Source: an uncultured Clostridia bacterium
Lineage (GTDB): Bacteria; Bacillota; Clostridia; TANB77; CAG-465
DNA: 64,000 nucleotides
Direction: 5' to 3'
Assembly (NCBI GenBank): GCA_934169925.1
Contig: CAKPOO010000002.1
Location: 141,269 to 205,268, forward strand
Below, in pieces: positions 38,899-48,311 of this stretch. Under the pieces are notes generated by a model, which was given only the letters and a program-made list of their open reading frames with translations, ran no database searches and was not told the DNA's origin. Position numbers and translations under genes: made by a program. Every line of letters starts with the position of its first letter. The first letter of the stretch is position 1.

Positions 38899-39480
38899 AT
38901 GTATAATTCAGTAAATTCAAGATATACATATGAAAATTCTGATGTAATAAGAAATAAAATGAATATAAAAGATGAAGAAACTTTAAAAAAGTTTGAAACT
39001 AAAATAGTTGCTTTTAAACTTTCAGCTATTAATTTTAGTAAAATAAAAAGAGATTTTACAGAAAATCATTTTAAAGCAATTCATAAATATCTATTTGACG
39101 AGGTATATGATTTTGCAGGTGAATATAGAAATGAAAATATAACAAAAGAAAATTTTAGATTTTCAGAGTATGAGTATATAGAAGAAAATATTAAGAAAAT
39201 ATTTGAAAAAATTGATGTTAATAATTTAAAAAATAAAAATTTTGATGAATTAATTTCTTTTATATCAGAAATTATGACAGATTTAAATGTATTACATCCA
39301 TTTAGAGAGGGAAATGGAAGAACAATTAGAGAGTTTATAAGAGAACTTCTTGATGAATGTGGATATGAAGTAGACTTTTTAAATGTTGATTACAATTTAA
39401 TATTAAAAGCAAGCATCCTTGCTGTAATTGATGATAAGGAACAAATAAAGCTTTTAAAAGATATAGTTAAAAAGAAATGA
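38899..39480 (+). CDS. Fic/DOC-family protein (AMPylation-type toxin).
   Basis: Canonical active-site motif HPFREGNGRTIR (HxFx[D/E]GNGRxxR). AGGTGG RBS. Confidence 0.8.
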   Translation: MYNSVNSRYTYENSDVIRNKMNIKDEETLKKFETKIVAFKLSAINFSKIKRDFTENHFKAIHKYLFDEVYDFAGEYRNENITKENFRFSEYEYIEENIKKIFEKIDVNNLKNKNFDELISFISEIMTDLNVLHPFREGNGRTIREFIRELLDECGYEVDFLNVDYNLILKASILAVIDDKEQIKLLKDIVKKK

Positions 39481-39517
39481 TTATAATTGATATTAACATA
39501 TTTGGAGGAAAAAATTA

Positions 39518-39978
39518 ATGGAAGGTGATTCAGGAGCTATAAGTTTAATAGGAATAGTATGTGGAATTATATTTGGTTTTCCGTTATCTTTATTAATATG
39601 TTTTTTTAAAATGGTTTTTATATCTCCTTTTTTACATTTTAAAATACTTAAAAATGCAGAAAAAAAGGACATGTTGTAAAAGCTGTTTTGGAAAAAACAT
39701 CAGATGGTGTAAATAAAAATGGATTTAAAGATAGTAGTAGGCAAATAGGTCTGTATACATACGAATATAACAATAAAAAATATAAAACTCGTTTAGGAAG
39801 CGTTATGGAATTACCAAAAGAAATCACACTATATTTTAATAAAAATCCAAAAAGAGCTGTAGTAAAGTCAGAAGTTGGTTTTTATGATAATCCATTATTT
39901 TTATACTATTTAATTTCGGTTTTTATTATAAGTGTTATTTCAACATATCTACTTGCCTGTGAATTTTTTATAAAATAA
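39518..39978 (+). pseudogene. Frameshifted copy of the small bitopic membrane protein gene. The frame is broken in an A7 run (39660-39666), and an extra A restores a full-length paralog of about 153 aa.
   Basis: ORF 39518-39679 ends …NAEKKDML*. The downstream frame continues …(G)HVVKAVLEKTSDG… and aligns with AKKEGHVVKAKLIKAS of the intact paralog at 40005-40481. Confidence 0.55.
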
Positions 39979-40004
39979 TAATATTGAATAATAAGGAGGA
40001 TAAA

Positions 40005-40481
40005 ATGCAAATTGAATTTGCAATAAAAATTGTAGTAGCAATAGGAGCAGGTGTGATCTTAGGTATACCATTTACACCTGTAGTTTGTTTAATGAGACAT
40101 GTTTTTATATTACCATTTATACACAAAAAAATAGTTGAAAAAGCAAAAAAAGAAGGTCATGTTGTAAAAGCAAAATTGATAAAAGCATCAGATGCTCCAG
40201 GAGAAGGAGGTCTTACAGATAGTAGTAGATATATTGGTGTGTACACATATGAATATAACAATAAAAAATATAAGGTAAGTTTTGAAAGTCAAACACCAAT
40301 TCAAGAAGAACTTACTTTGTATTTTGAAAGAAATCCAAAAAGAGCAGTTAGAGAAAGCGCTTTGGGACTACATGAAAGCCCTATACTTTTGTGTTACTTA
40401 GTTGCTGTTTTAATGGTAAGTGTTTTTATTTTATTAAATTTTGATTCTTTGATTTTTGCACAAATTGATATATTTAAATAA
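40005..40481 (+). CDS. Small bitopic membrane protein (N-terminal TM helix, beta-rich domain of about 85 aa, C-terminal TM helix), possibly DUF3592-like. Intact paralog of the frameshifted upstream gene.
   Basis: AAGGAGG RBS with ATG at 40005. TM helices IVVAIGAGVILGIPF and ILLCYLVAVLMVSVFILL. Conserved core GVYTYEYNNKKYKV…LYFERNPKRAV. Confidence 0.55.
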   Translation: MQIEFAIKIVVAIGAGVILGIPFTPVVCLMRHVFILPFIHKKIVEKAKKEGHVVKAKLIKASDAPGEGGLTDSSRYIGVYTYEYNNKKYKVSFESQTPIQEELTLYFERNPKRAVRESALGLHESPILLCYLVAVLMVSVFILLNFDSLIFAQIDIFK

Positions 40482-40520
40482 AATGAAAATATTATATAAA
40501 TAAAACATAAGAGGGATATA

Positions 40521-42707
40521 ATGGAAATACAAGAATTTAAAGAAAAGATCGAAAAAGCTGATGATAAAGTAAAATTTTTTAGTAATAGGGAAAATTATCA
40601 AGGCGTAGAACTTAATTTTAAAGAACTTTTAGGTATATATGCTTTGTATTTAGATGATGAGCAAAAAAGAGATTTATTTGATTCTGATTTAATAAGATCA
40701 TCAGAAAAAACACTTAAAAGGTTATTACTTAATAGTATAAAAGATGAAAGCATTATAAAAGAATTATTATCAGATGAAGATAAAATTAAAGATTTTGATG
40801 AATATGATCTTAGTAATTCTTTAAAAAGACTAAGTGATAATGATAAGATGGAATTTATCAAAAATGAAGATTTTATAAAAAAACATAATTTTTCAAATTT
40901 TGAATTAGCAGGAATTATTGGAAGTTTAGAAAAAGTAAAAGTAGAAAATCTTTTAGAAGATGCAAACTATTTAATAAATGTATGTAATCTTAGTGATTCT
41001 GATATTAGTGAACTTATAAAAAATAACATTCCTGATGATAAAAAAATAGAAGTAATATCTAAATTTGATATAGATAATTATTACAAAAAAGAGATATTAA
41101 AAGATTGTAATGTAGAAATAAAAAAAGAATTTTTATTTTCAAATAAAGAATATAATAGTTATAATAAAAAAGACTTAATTAGAACTTTTAGTTCAGATGA
41201 AATCGTTGATTTTATTAAAGATGAAAAAAAGTTCTTGGATGAAAATAAAATTTACCCTTATGATATAATAAAATCATTAAATGATGAAAAACAACGTGAG
41301 GTTATAAATAATATAGAAAAAACAAATTTATCACTTAATGAAAAAAGAGAAATTTTTGCTACTTTAAGTGATAATGTAAAAGAAAGTCTTAATAAAGATG
41401 AATTAGCAAACGAATATAAATCTGCTATGGATACAAAATTTAATGAAGATGGATCAGTAAAACTTGATTTAGATAAAGATGTAAAAGATTATGAAGGACT
41501 AGATAGAGTATTATTATTTTACCCTAGAAATTATGATTTAAAGAGTAGAAATAAGCTCATGAAAATTTGTAGTGTGTGTAAAGATGCAAGAGTAGAAGCA
41601 AGTATAGGAGAAGATGATAATTTATGTTCATTTGCTTCTACTGGTAAAGAATACGTAGAAGCAGAAACTTGGATTGATAGTGTGTATGAAAAAATAAATC
41701 CTGAATATACCGATGTACAAAAGATTGCTATTATTGATAATGAAATAGGTAAAAAAATAAGTTATAGTCCAGATTTTGATACAGAAGTTTTTAATATAAA
41801 CTCTTCTAGAGCACTATGGAAAATAATTAGCAGTGGATATGGTGTATGTAATGGTATTGCAAATATTGAACAATATATGTTAAAAAAAGTTGGTGTAAAA
41901 TCAGAGCTTATATCATCTGGTTCACATGCTTTTTTAAAGATTAATGATTTAGAAATTGAAAAGGAAGATAATACAAAAATAAAAGGAAATACAATTTTAG
42001 ATCCTACTTGGAATTTAACTCCACAAAAATTTGGTGGAAAGCCAGAACTTTTTTGTATAAATTATGAAGAGGCAAGAAAAAAAGATATTAATCCAAATGG
42101 ATTAGACCATAACTGCCATAAAAACGATGAACTTTTAAGTGATGCAAATTTAATGATTGATGATGCTACTTTAAGAAAAATATATAAAAGTGTTAATCTT
42201 GCTGATAAAGACGGAAATTTCCCTATAAAAAGTCTTTATGAAGAATCTGACAAAATAGATAGTTTGTACAAAGATGATGTGTTTTTAAATATTGATGAAC
42301 AATTAAAATTACTTAAAAGAAAATTTCCTGATTTCGCAAAATTTCAAAATTCTACAATGCAAATAGTTACAAATTTACTTGGAACTGAGAATATAAAAAG
42401 TAAAGTTGATAATATAGTTGTAAAAAGAGTATATGATAAAGCTGATGAAAATAAATATCCTGTTTTATATTTATATGCAGTTTCAGAAGAGTTTGGTGAA
42501 AAATTTTATTTTGCAGATAAAGAAAATGGTGATTTTGTAAATTTAAGTTATGATGATTTTACAAATAAATTTGAGTGCTATGAAAGTGATCTTGAAAAAA
42601 CAAATGGAATTAAACCATGGGATAAAGATAAAGAATTTATAGATGAAGAAATAGATTTGGCAGCAAGTTCTGGAAAAGCTGTTGCAGATAAGGGGAATGT
42701 TAGATGA
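40521..42707 (+). CDS. Large cytoplasmic protein: N-terminal helical-repeat region, central transglutaminase-like (papain-fold) cysteine protease domain, unknown C-terminal domain.
   Basis: No signal peptide or TM helix. Cys-His-Asp arrangement GYGVCNGIANIEQYML…SSGSHAFLKI…GNTILDPTW typical of the transglutaminase-like superfamily. Confidence 0.6.
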   Translation: MEIQEFKEKIEKADDKVKFFSNRENYQGVELNFKELLGIYALYLDDEQKRDLFDSDLIRSSEKTLKRLLLNSIKDESIIKELLSDEDKIKDFDEYDLSNSLKRLSDNDKMEFIKNEDFIKKHNFSNFELAGIIGSLEKVKVENLLEDANYLINVCNLSDSDISELIKNNIPDDKKIEVISKFDIDNYYKKEILKDCNVEIKKEFLFSNKEYNSYNKKDLIRTFSSDEIVDFIKDEKKFLDENKIYPYDIIKSLNDEKQREVINNIEKTNLSLNEKREIFATLSDNVKESLNKDELANEYKSAMDTKFNEDGSVKLDLDKDVKDYEGLDRVLLFYPRNYDLKSRNKLMKICSVCKDARVEASIGEDDNLCSFASTGKEYVEAETWIDSVYEKINPEYTDVQKIAIIDNEIGKKISYSPDFDTEVFNINSSRALWKIISSGYGVCNGIANIEQYMLKKVGVKSELISSGSHAFLKINDLEIEKEDNTKIKGNTILDPTWNLTPQKFGGKPELFCINYEEARKKDINPNGLDHNCHKNDELLSDANLMIDDATLRKIYKSVNLADKDGNFPIKSLYEESDKIDSLYKDDVFLNIDEQLKLLKRKFPDFAKFQNSTMQIVTNLLGTENIKSKVDNIVVKRVYDKADENKYPVLYLYAVSEEFGEKFYFADKENGDFVNLSYDDFTNKFECYESDLEKTNGIKPWDKDKEFIDEEIDLAASSGKAVADKGNVR

Positions 42708-42937
42708 GTATTTTAAGTTTTATAAATGAAGTTCTTGAAAAAATATTTAAGAAAAACGATAAATTAATGTTAAATAAATCATCAGATGAAGTTTTAAATA
42801 ATAATGATGAAAGTTATAAAAGTAAATTTATTTCTAGCTTAAAAGATTCAATTGTAGTAGGTAAAAGAAAAGGTAAAATTGAAACTTTAATTTGTGATGG
42901 AGATGGACTTGGAATACAAGGTAAAATTTCATATTAA
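42704..42937 (+). CDS. Hypothetical 77-aa protein translationally coupled (ATGA overlap) to the transglutaminase-like gene.
   Basis: Its start ATG overlaps the upstream TGA stop. AGGGGAAT RBS lies inside the upstream gene's 3' end. Confidence 0.4.
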   Translation: MSILSFINEVLEKIFKKNDKLMLNKSSDEVLNNNDESYKSKFISSLKDSIVVGKRKGKIETLICDGDGLGIQGKISY

Positions 42938-42983
42938 AGTATAAGTTTAGATAAAAATATTAGAAAATAAAATAAAAAAATTA

Positions 42984-43012
42984 TTTACATTAATTTTTTT
43001 ATGTGATATAAT
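42984..43012 (+). promoter_or_regulatory. Sigma-A promoter with extended -10 for the ileS leader.
   Basis: TTTACA (42984-89), 17-nt spacer, TGaTATAAT (43004-12). Confidence 0.5.
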
Positions 43013-43019
43013 CAAAAAC

Positions 43020-43300
43020 GTAATAAAATTAAAAACTATGACGAGAAAGAGTAAATTAAAGTAAAATACAAAGCGAACTAGGGGTGGTGAGAGCCTGGTT
43101 AAAGTAGCTTTTTTTGAAAATCATCTCTGAGTTGCAGGCTGAAATAACAGTAAGCTGTGCCGCTTTTCCAGCGTAAAAAGGAACGCATATGTTTGTATGT
43201 AGTATATAAAGGTGGTTAATATTGTATTTTAATTATATTAGTTTGTTAATATAATCGTACATTCCTTGTATACAGGTATGTGCGATTTTTTTATTATAAT
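43020..43300 (+). promoter_or_regulatory. T-box-like leader (tRNA-sensing riboswitch) with an Ile AUC specifier and a terminator/antiterminator.
   Basis: Leader of about 300 nt. AGAGA element (43090-94). AGUAGC. gaaaAUCAuc specifier-like segment (about 43116-43125) followed by GCUGA. aaaGGUGGUuaa T-box-like core (43208-19; UGGU fits discriminator A of tRNA-Ile). Terminator cguaca…ugugcg plus U7 at 43256-43296, directly upstream of the ileS RBS. Confidence 0.55.
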
Positions 43301-43324
43301 GTATTTTTTGAAAGGAGAAGTTTT

Positions 43325-46300
43325 ATGTATAAAAAAGTTGAATTAAATGAAAAAGGCTTTGTCGGAATGGAACAAGAAGTATACAAAAACTGGCAAGACA
43401 AAAACATTATTGAAAAGAATTTAAATTTAAATGAAGGTAAAAGATATTTTACTTTTTATGATGGACCTCCAACAGCTAATGGTATGCCTCATGCAGGACA
43501 TATTATAACTAGAGTTATGAAAGATATAATTCCTAGATATAAAGTAATGCAAGGATACAGAGTTGTAAGAAAAGCAGGTTGGGATACACATGGTCTTCCT
43601 GTTGAACTTGAAATCGAGAAAAAATTAGGAATTTCAGGAAAAGAACAAATAGAAGAATATGGTGTTGAACCATTTATAAAAGAATGTAAAGAAAGCGTTT
43701 TTAAATATGTACATATATGGGAAGAAATGACTAACAAAGTTGGTTATTGGGTAGATATGAAAAATCCATATATAACATATGATAATAAATATATTGAATC
43801 TGTTTGGTGGGCTTTAAAACAACTTTGGAATAAAGAACTTTTATATGAAGGTCACAAAGTAATGCCATATTGTCCTAGATGTGGAACAGCGCTTTCATCA
43901 CATGAAGTGGCTCAAGGTTATAAAGATGTAAAAGATTTAACTTGTATTGCAAAATTTAAAGTAGTTGGTGAGGATAAATATATTCTTGCTTGGACAACAA
44001 CACCATGGACTTTACCATCAAACTTAGCACTTTGTGTTAATAAATCATACGAATATGCAGATTATAAAGTTAATATTGGAACTGAAGATGAACCTAAATA
44101 TGAGGTTTATGTAGTAGCAAAAGAACTTGCACCAAGTGTATTTAAAGATATGGAATATACTGAGTTAAAATCATATAAAGGTGCTGATCTTTTAGGTACT
44201 AAATATGAACAATTAATGCCTTTTGCAAAAGTTGAAGGAAAAGCATTTGAAGTAATACATGGTGATTATGTTACTCTTACAGATGGTACAGGTATAGTTC
44301 ATATTGCTCCTGCTTATGGTGAAGATGATAGTTTAGTTTCAAAACAAAATGGAATTGCATTTGTTAATCTTGTGGATAAAAATGGTAATTTTGTTGATGA
44401 AGTAACACCTTTTAAAGGTAGATGGGTAAGAGATTGTAATGAAGATATATGTGCATGGTTAAAGAATGAGAATAAATTATTTTCTAAACAAAAAGTAGAA
44501 CACTCATATCCACATTGTTGGAGATGTGACACACCACTTTTATATTATCCAAAAGAAAGTTGGTTTGTTGCAATGAGCAAACTAAGAAATGAACTTGTAT
44601 CAAATAATGATAAAGTAAATTGGTATCCAGAAACTATCAAAAAAGGTAGATTTGGTAATTTCTTAGAAAATGTAATCGATTGGGGTATTTCTAGAGATAG
44701 ATATTGGGGAACTCCATTACCAATTTGGACTTGTGAAAATGAAGAATGTGGATGCAGAGAATGTATAGGTTCAATAGCTGAATTAAAAGAAAAGGGAATC
44801 GATGTTCCTGAAGATATTGAATTACATAAACCATATATTGATGATGTATATTTAAAATGTCCAAAATGTGGATCAAAAATGAAAAGAGCAAAAGAAGTTA
44901 TTGACTGTTGGTTTGATTCTGGCTCAATGCCTTTTGCACAATGGCATTATCCATTTGAAAACAAAGAAATGTTTGAAAATAATTTCCCAGCTCAATTTAT
45001 AAGCGAAGCAATTGATCAAACTAGAGGATGGTTTTACACTCTAACTGCACTTGGAACTGCTTTATTTGGAAGAACTCCATTTGAAAATTGTATTGTATTA
45101 GGTCACGTTTTAGATGGAAAAGGACAAAAGATGTCTAAATCTAAGAAAAATGGTGTTGATCCACTTGTACTTCTTGATACTGTTGGTGCTGATGCTACTA
45201 GATGGTATTTTTATACTGGAAGTGCACCATGGCTTTCATCAAGACTTTCTATAGAAAACGTACAAGAATCTCAAAGAGGATTTTTATCAACACTTTGGAA
45301 TGTTTATTCTTTCTATGTGTTATATGCAGAAATTGATAAATTTAATCCACTTGAATATAAAGATTTTAGTTCAAATAATATAATGGATAAATGGATTATT
45401 TCAAAACTTAATACATTAATAAAAGATGTAACAAAAAGACTTGATGCATATGATATAACAGGTGCTGGTGAAGCATTAGAAGACTTTACAGATGAACTTT
45501 CAAATTGGTATGTAAGAAGAAATAGAGAAAGATTTTGGGCACAAGATTTAAATGATGAAAAAATTGGTGCTTATGTTACATTATATAAAGTACTTACTAC
45601 TTTAGTAAAAATAGCAGCTCCATTTGTACCATTTATTACAGATGAAATCTATACTAATTTAGTATGTAGCTTAGACAGTAAAGCTCCAGAAAGTGTACAC
45701 CTTACTACATGGCCTATAGCTGATGAATCAAAAGTTGATGAAGATTTAGAAGCAAAAATGGAAGTAGCATATAAAATTGTAAAACTTGGTAGAAGTGCTA
45801 GAAATGCAGAAAATATTAAAAACAGACAACCATTATCTAATATGCTTATTTCTGTTAACACACTACCTGAATATTACGGTAATATAGTAAAAGAAGAATT
45901 AAATGTTAAAAATGTTATTTTAGGTGCTGAAATGTCAGATTATGTTAATTTTGAAATAAAACCTAATTTACCTGTACTTGGAAAAGCATATGGTAAATTA
46001 ATACCTAGAATAAAAGAAGAAATTTCAAAAAGAAATCAAATGGATTTAGCAAATAAGATAAAAGCTGGTAAGTATGAAACAATTTTAATTGATGATGTTG
46101 AAATTAATTTAGATAGCACAAATTTACTTATAACAATGCAAGGTAAAGAAGGTTTTGCTTTTGCAGGTGAAGGTGAAATAGGTGTAGTACTTGATACTCA
46201 TATAACTGATGAATTAAAAGAAGAAGGTACTTTAAGAGAAATTTTATCAAAAGTTCAAAATTTAAGAAAAGAAAGAAATTTTGAAGTACTAAATAAAATT

Positions 46301-46474
46301 ATTCTATATGTTTCTGGTAATGAAAAAATAGAAGAAATAATAAAGAAATATGAAGATGAAGTAAAACATGAAACTTTAACTTTAGAAGTTAAATATAATG
46401 AAAATAGAGATTCATATGTAGATACAAATATTAATGGCGAACACGTTAATTTTGATGTTTTAGTTGTAGAGTAG
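43325..46474 (+). CDS. ileS: Isoleucine--tRNA ligase of the eukaryote-like type 2 form (no C-terminal zinc-finger tail).
   Basis: [12 protein letters not shown] (HIGH) and KMSKSKKN (KMSKS) motifs. CP1 editing domain. Ends …NFDVLVVE with no terminal CxxC pairs. AAAGGAGAAG RBS, then the ATG at 43325. Confidence 0.9.
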   Translation: MYKKVELNEKGFVGMEQEVYKNWQDKNIIEKNLNLNEGKRYFTFYDGPPTANGMPHAGHIITRVMKDIIPRYKVMQGYRVVRKAGWDTHGLPVELEIEKKLGISGKEQIEEYGVEPFIKECKESVFKYVHIWEEMTNKVGYWVDMKNPYITYDNKYIESVWWALKQLWNKELLYEGHKVMPYCPRCGTALSSHEVAQGYKDVKDLTCIAKFKVVGEDKYILAWTTTPWTLPSNLALCVNKSYEYADYKVNIGTEDEPKYEVYVVAKELAPSVFKDMEYTELKSYKGADLLGTKYEQLMPFAKVEGKAFEVIHGDYVTLTDGTGIVHIAPAYGEDDSLVSKQNGIAFVNLVDKNGNFVDEVTPFKGRWVRDCNEDICAWLKNENKLFSKQKVEHSYPHCWRCDTPLLYYPKESWFVAMSKLRNELVSNNDKVNWYPETIKKGRFGNFLENVIDWGISRDRYWGTPLPIWTCENEECGCRECIGSIAELKEKGIDVPEDIELHKPYIDDVYLKCPKCGSKMKRAKEVIDCWFDSGSMPFAQWHYPFENKEMFENNFPAQFISEAIDQTRGWFYTLTALGTALFGRTPFENCIVLGHVLDGKGQKMSKSKKNGVDPLVLLDTVGADATRWYFYTGSAPWLSSRLSIENVQESQRGFLSTLWNVYSFYVLYAEIDKFNPLEYKDFSSNNIMDKWIISKLNTLIKDVTKRLDAYDITGAGEALEDFTDELSNWYVRRNRERFWAQDLNDEKIGAYVTLYKVLTTLVKIAAPFVPFITDEIYTNLVCSLDSKAPESVHLTTWPIADESKVDEDLEAKMEVAYKIVKLGRSARNAENIKNRQPLSNMLISVNTLPEYYGNIVKEELNVKNVILGAEMSDYVNFEIKPNLPVLGKAYGKLIPRIKEEISKRNQMDLANKIKAGKYETILIDDVEINLDSTNLLITMQGKEGFAFAGEGEIGVVLDTHITDELKEEGTLREILSKVQNLRKERNFEVLNKIILYVSGNEKIEEIIKKYEDEVKHETLTLEVKYNENRDSYVDTNINGEHVNFDVLVVE

Positions 46475-46486
46475 AAAATCTGTTAA

Positions 46487-46525
46487 AAGATAGTAGTTAA
46501 TTAATTTAATTACTATCTTTTTTTG
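46487..46525 (+). terminator. Rho-independent terminator after ileS.
   Basis: Stem agatagta / tactatct, then ttttttt. Confidence 0.5.
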
Positions 46526-46566
46526 TCAAAAATATATATTTTTCATAAAATATAATGGGTGGTTTT

Positions 46567-47721
46567 ATGGAAAATGATAGAAAAATAATTTATGCTGATC
46601 ATAGTGCCACAACATATGTAAAAGAAGAAGTATTAGATGAAATGCTACCATATTTTAAAGAAAATTTTGGCAATCCGTCGTCTAATTATGCTTTAGGAAT
46701 AAAAGCTAAAGAGGCACTTGAAGATGCAAGGTGCTCTATTGCAAATATTTTTTCTGTAGAAAAAGATGAAATATATTTTACATCAGGTGGTAGTGAATCA
46801 AATAATATGATAATAAAAGGAATTGCAAGAAAAAATAAATATAAAGGAAAACATATTATTATTTCAAGAATTGAACATTTGTCTGTTATAAATACATGTA
46901 AAGAATTAGAAAATGAAGGCTTTGAAATTTCAATGTTAAATGTTGATAAAAATGGTATGATTAATTTAAAAGAACTTATTAGATTAATAAGAAAAGATAC
47001 TATTTTAATAAGCGTTATGTGTGTTAACAATGAAATAGGAACAATAGAACCTATCCAAAAAATAGCAAGTATTGCAAAATCATTTGGAATATTATTTCAT
47101 ACAGATGCTGTTCAAGCAGTTGGAAATGTAAAATTAAATGTAAAAGAATTAGGTGTAGATGCAATGTCAATTTCTGCTCATAAATTTTATGGTCCAAAAG
47201 GAGTGGGAGCAGCGTATATATCAAAAAATGTTTGCTTTTCTCCTTTAATAAATGGTGGACATCAAGAAAAATCACTTCGTGCTGGTACTGAAAATGTAGC
47301 AGGAATAGTTGGAATGAAAAAAGCTTTAGAAATAGCAACTAAAAATTTGGATTTGCATAATGAAAAAATGAAACGCTTAAGGGATAGTTTATATTACAAA
47401 TTAAAAACTAATCTTGATGATATTTATTTAAATGGAAGTTTTGAAAATAGAACAAATTGCAATTTGAATTTGTATATAAAAGGCGTTGATTCTAAGACTT
47501 TAATTTTACTTTTAAATATGAATGGAATTTGTATTTCAGGAGGAAGTGCTTGTAATACAAATTCAAAAGAGCCATCTCATGTACTAACTGCTATAGGTCT
47601 TGGAAAAGATGCTGCAAGACAAAGTATTAGGATAACATTAGGTGAAGAAAATGAAGAGCTAGATATAAATTATATGGCATATAATATTATTAAAATTGTA
47701 AAAAAAATAAGAGGGGAATAA
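46567..47721 (+). CDS. nifS: Cysteine desulfurase (NifS/IscS family, PLP-dependent).
   Basis: IYADHSATT start. PLP-lysine SAHKFYGPKGVG. Active-site loop SGGSACNT. GGGTGG RBS. Confidence 0.8.
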   Translation: MENDRKIIYADHSATTYVKEEVLDEMLPYFKENFGNPSSNYALGIKAKEALEDARCSIANIFSVEKDEIYFTSGGSESNNMIIKGIARKNKYKGKHIIISRIEHLSVINTCKELENEGFEISMLNVDKNGMINLKELIRLIRKDTILISVMCVNNEIGTIEPIQKIASIAKSFGILFHTDAVQAVGNVKLNVKELGVDAMSISAHKFYGPKGVGAAYISKNVCFSPLINGGHQEKSLRAGTENVAGIVGMKKALEIATKNLDLHNEKMKRLRDSLYYKLKTNLDDIYLNGSFENRTNCNLNLYIKGVDSKTLILLLNMNGICISGGSACNTNSKEPSHVLTAIGLGKDAARQSIRITLGEENEELDINYMAYNIIKIVKKIRGE

Positions 47722-47732
47722 AAAGTTTTATG

Positions 47733-47779
47733 AAAAGTAAAAGACTTGAAAATATATTTTAAGTTTTTTACTTTTTTTA
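47733..47779 (+). terminator. A/U-rich hairpin terminator after nifS.
   Basis: aaaagtaaaa / ttttactttt stem enclosing a second small palindrome, then a T run. Confidence 0.45.
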
Positions 47780-47824
47780 TGCAAAATGCTTGATTATTCT
47801 TTTTTTTTATACTAAAATGAAATC

Positions 47825-47865
47825 AAAGTGGTATAAAGTGGTATAAAGTGGAAAAAAGGTGGTGA
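47825..47865 (+). promoter_or_regulatory. MraZ operator: four direct GTGG repeats at a period of about 10 bp between the mraZ promoter and its start codon.
   Basis: aaaGTGGtat aaaGTGGtat aaaGTGGaaa aaagGTGGtg. GTGG at 47828, 47838, 47848 and 47859. Putative -35 TTGATT (47790-95) and -10 TAAAAT (47813-18) lie upstream. Confidence 0.6.
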
Positions 47866-47872
47866 GTAATTT

Positions 47873-48304
47873 ATGTTAGTGGGAGAATATAACCATAACC
47901 TTGATACAAAAGGAAGAGTAAGTGTTCCATCTAAGTTTAGAGATGATTTAGGTAGTACATTTATAATAACAAAAGGGTTAGATAACTGTCTTTTTGCTTA
48001 TTCAAAAGAAGAATGGCAAAAGTTTGAAGATAAATTAAAAACATTACCTTTAACTAATATGAATGCTCGTAACTTCGTGAGATTTTTCTTAGCTGGTGCT
48101 ACTGAATGCGAAATTGATAAACAAGGAAGAATTAATATACCACAAAATTTAAGAGAATATGCATCCTTAGTAAAAGACGTTACTATTATTGGAGTTGCAA
48201 CAAGAGTTGAAATTTGGAGTAAAGACAAATGGGCTGAGTTTACAAATCCTGATAATATGGATCTTGATGAAATTGCTAGTCAAATGTCAGATCTTGGCAT
48301 TTAG
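47873..48304 (+). CDS. mraZ: Transcriptional regulator MraZ.
   Basis: Duplicated SpoVT/AbrB-like halves ([15 protein letters not shown]; [15 protein letters not shown]). Confidence 0.9.
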   Translation: MLVGEYNHNLDTKGRVSVPSKFRDDLGSTFIITKGLDNCLFAYSKEEWQKFEDKLKTLPLTNMNARNFVRFFLAGATECEIDKQGRINIPQNLREYASLVKDVTIIGVATRVEIWSKDKWAEFTNPDNMDLDEIASQMSDLGI

Positions 48305-48311
48305 ATATAGA

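Noticed and set aside
43081-43096. ggggtggtgagagcc considered as the T-box antiterminator sequence
   Set aside because: It lies at the 5' end of the leader, where Stem I and the AGAGA K-turn element belong. The T-box-like core adjoining the terminator is at 43205-43225.
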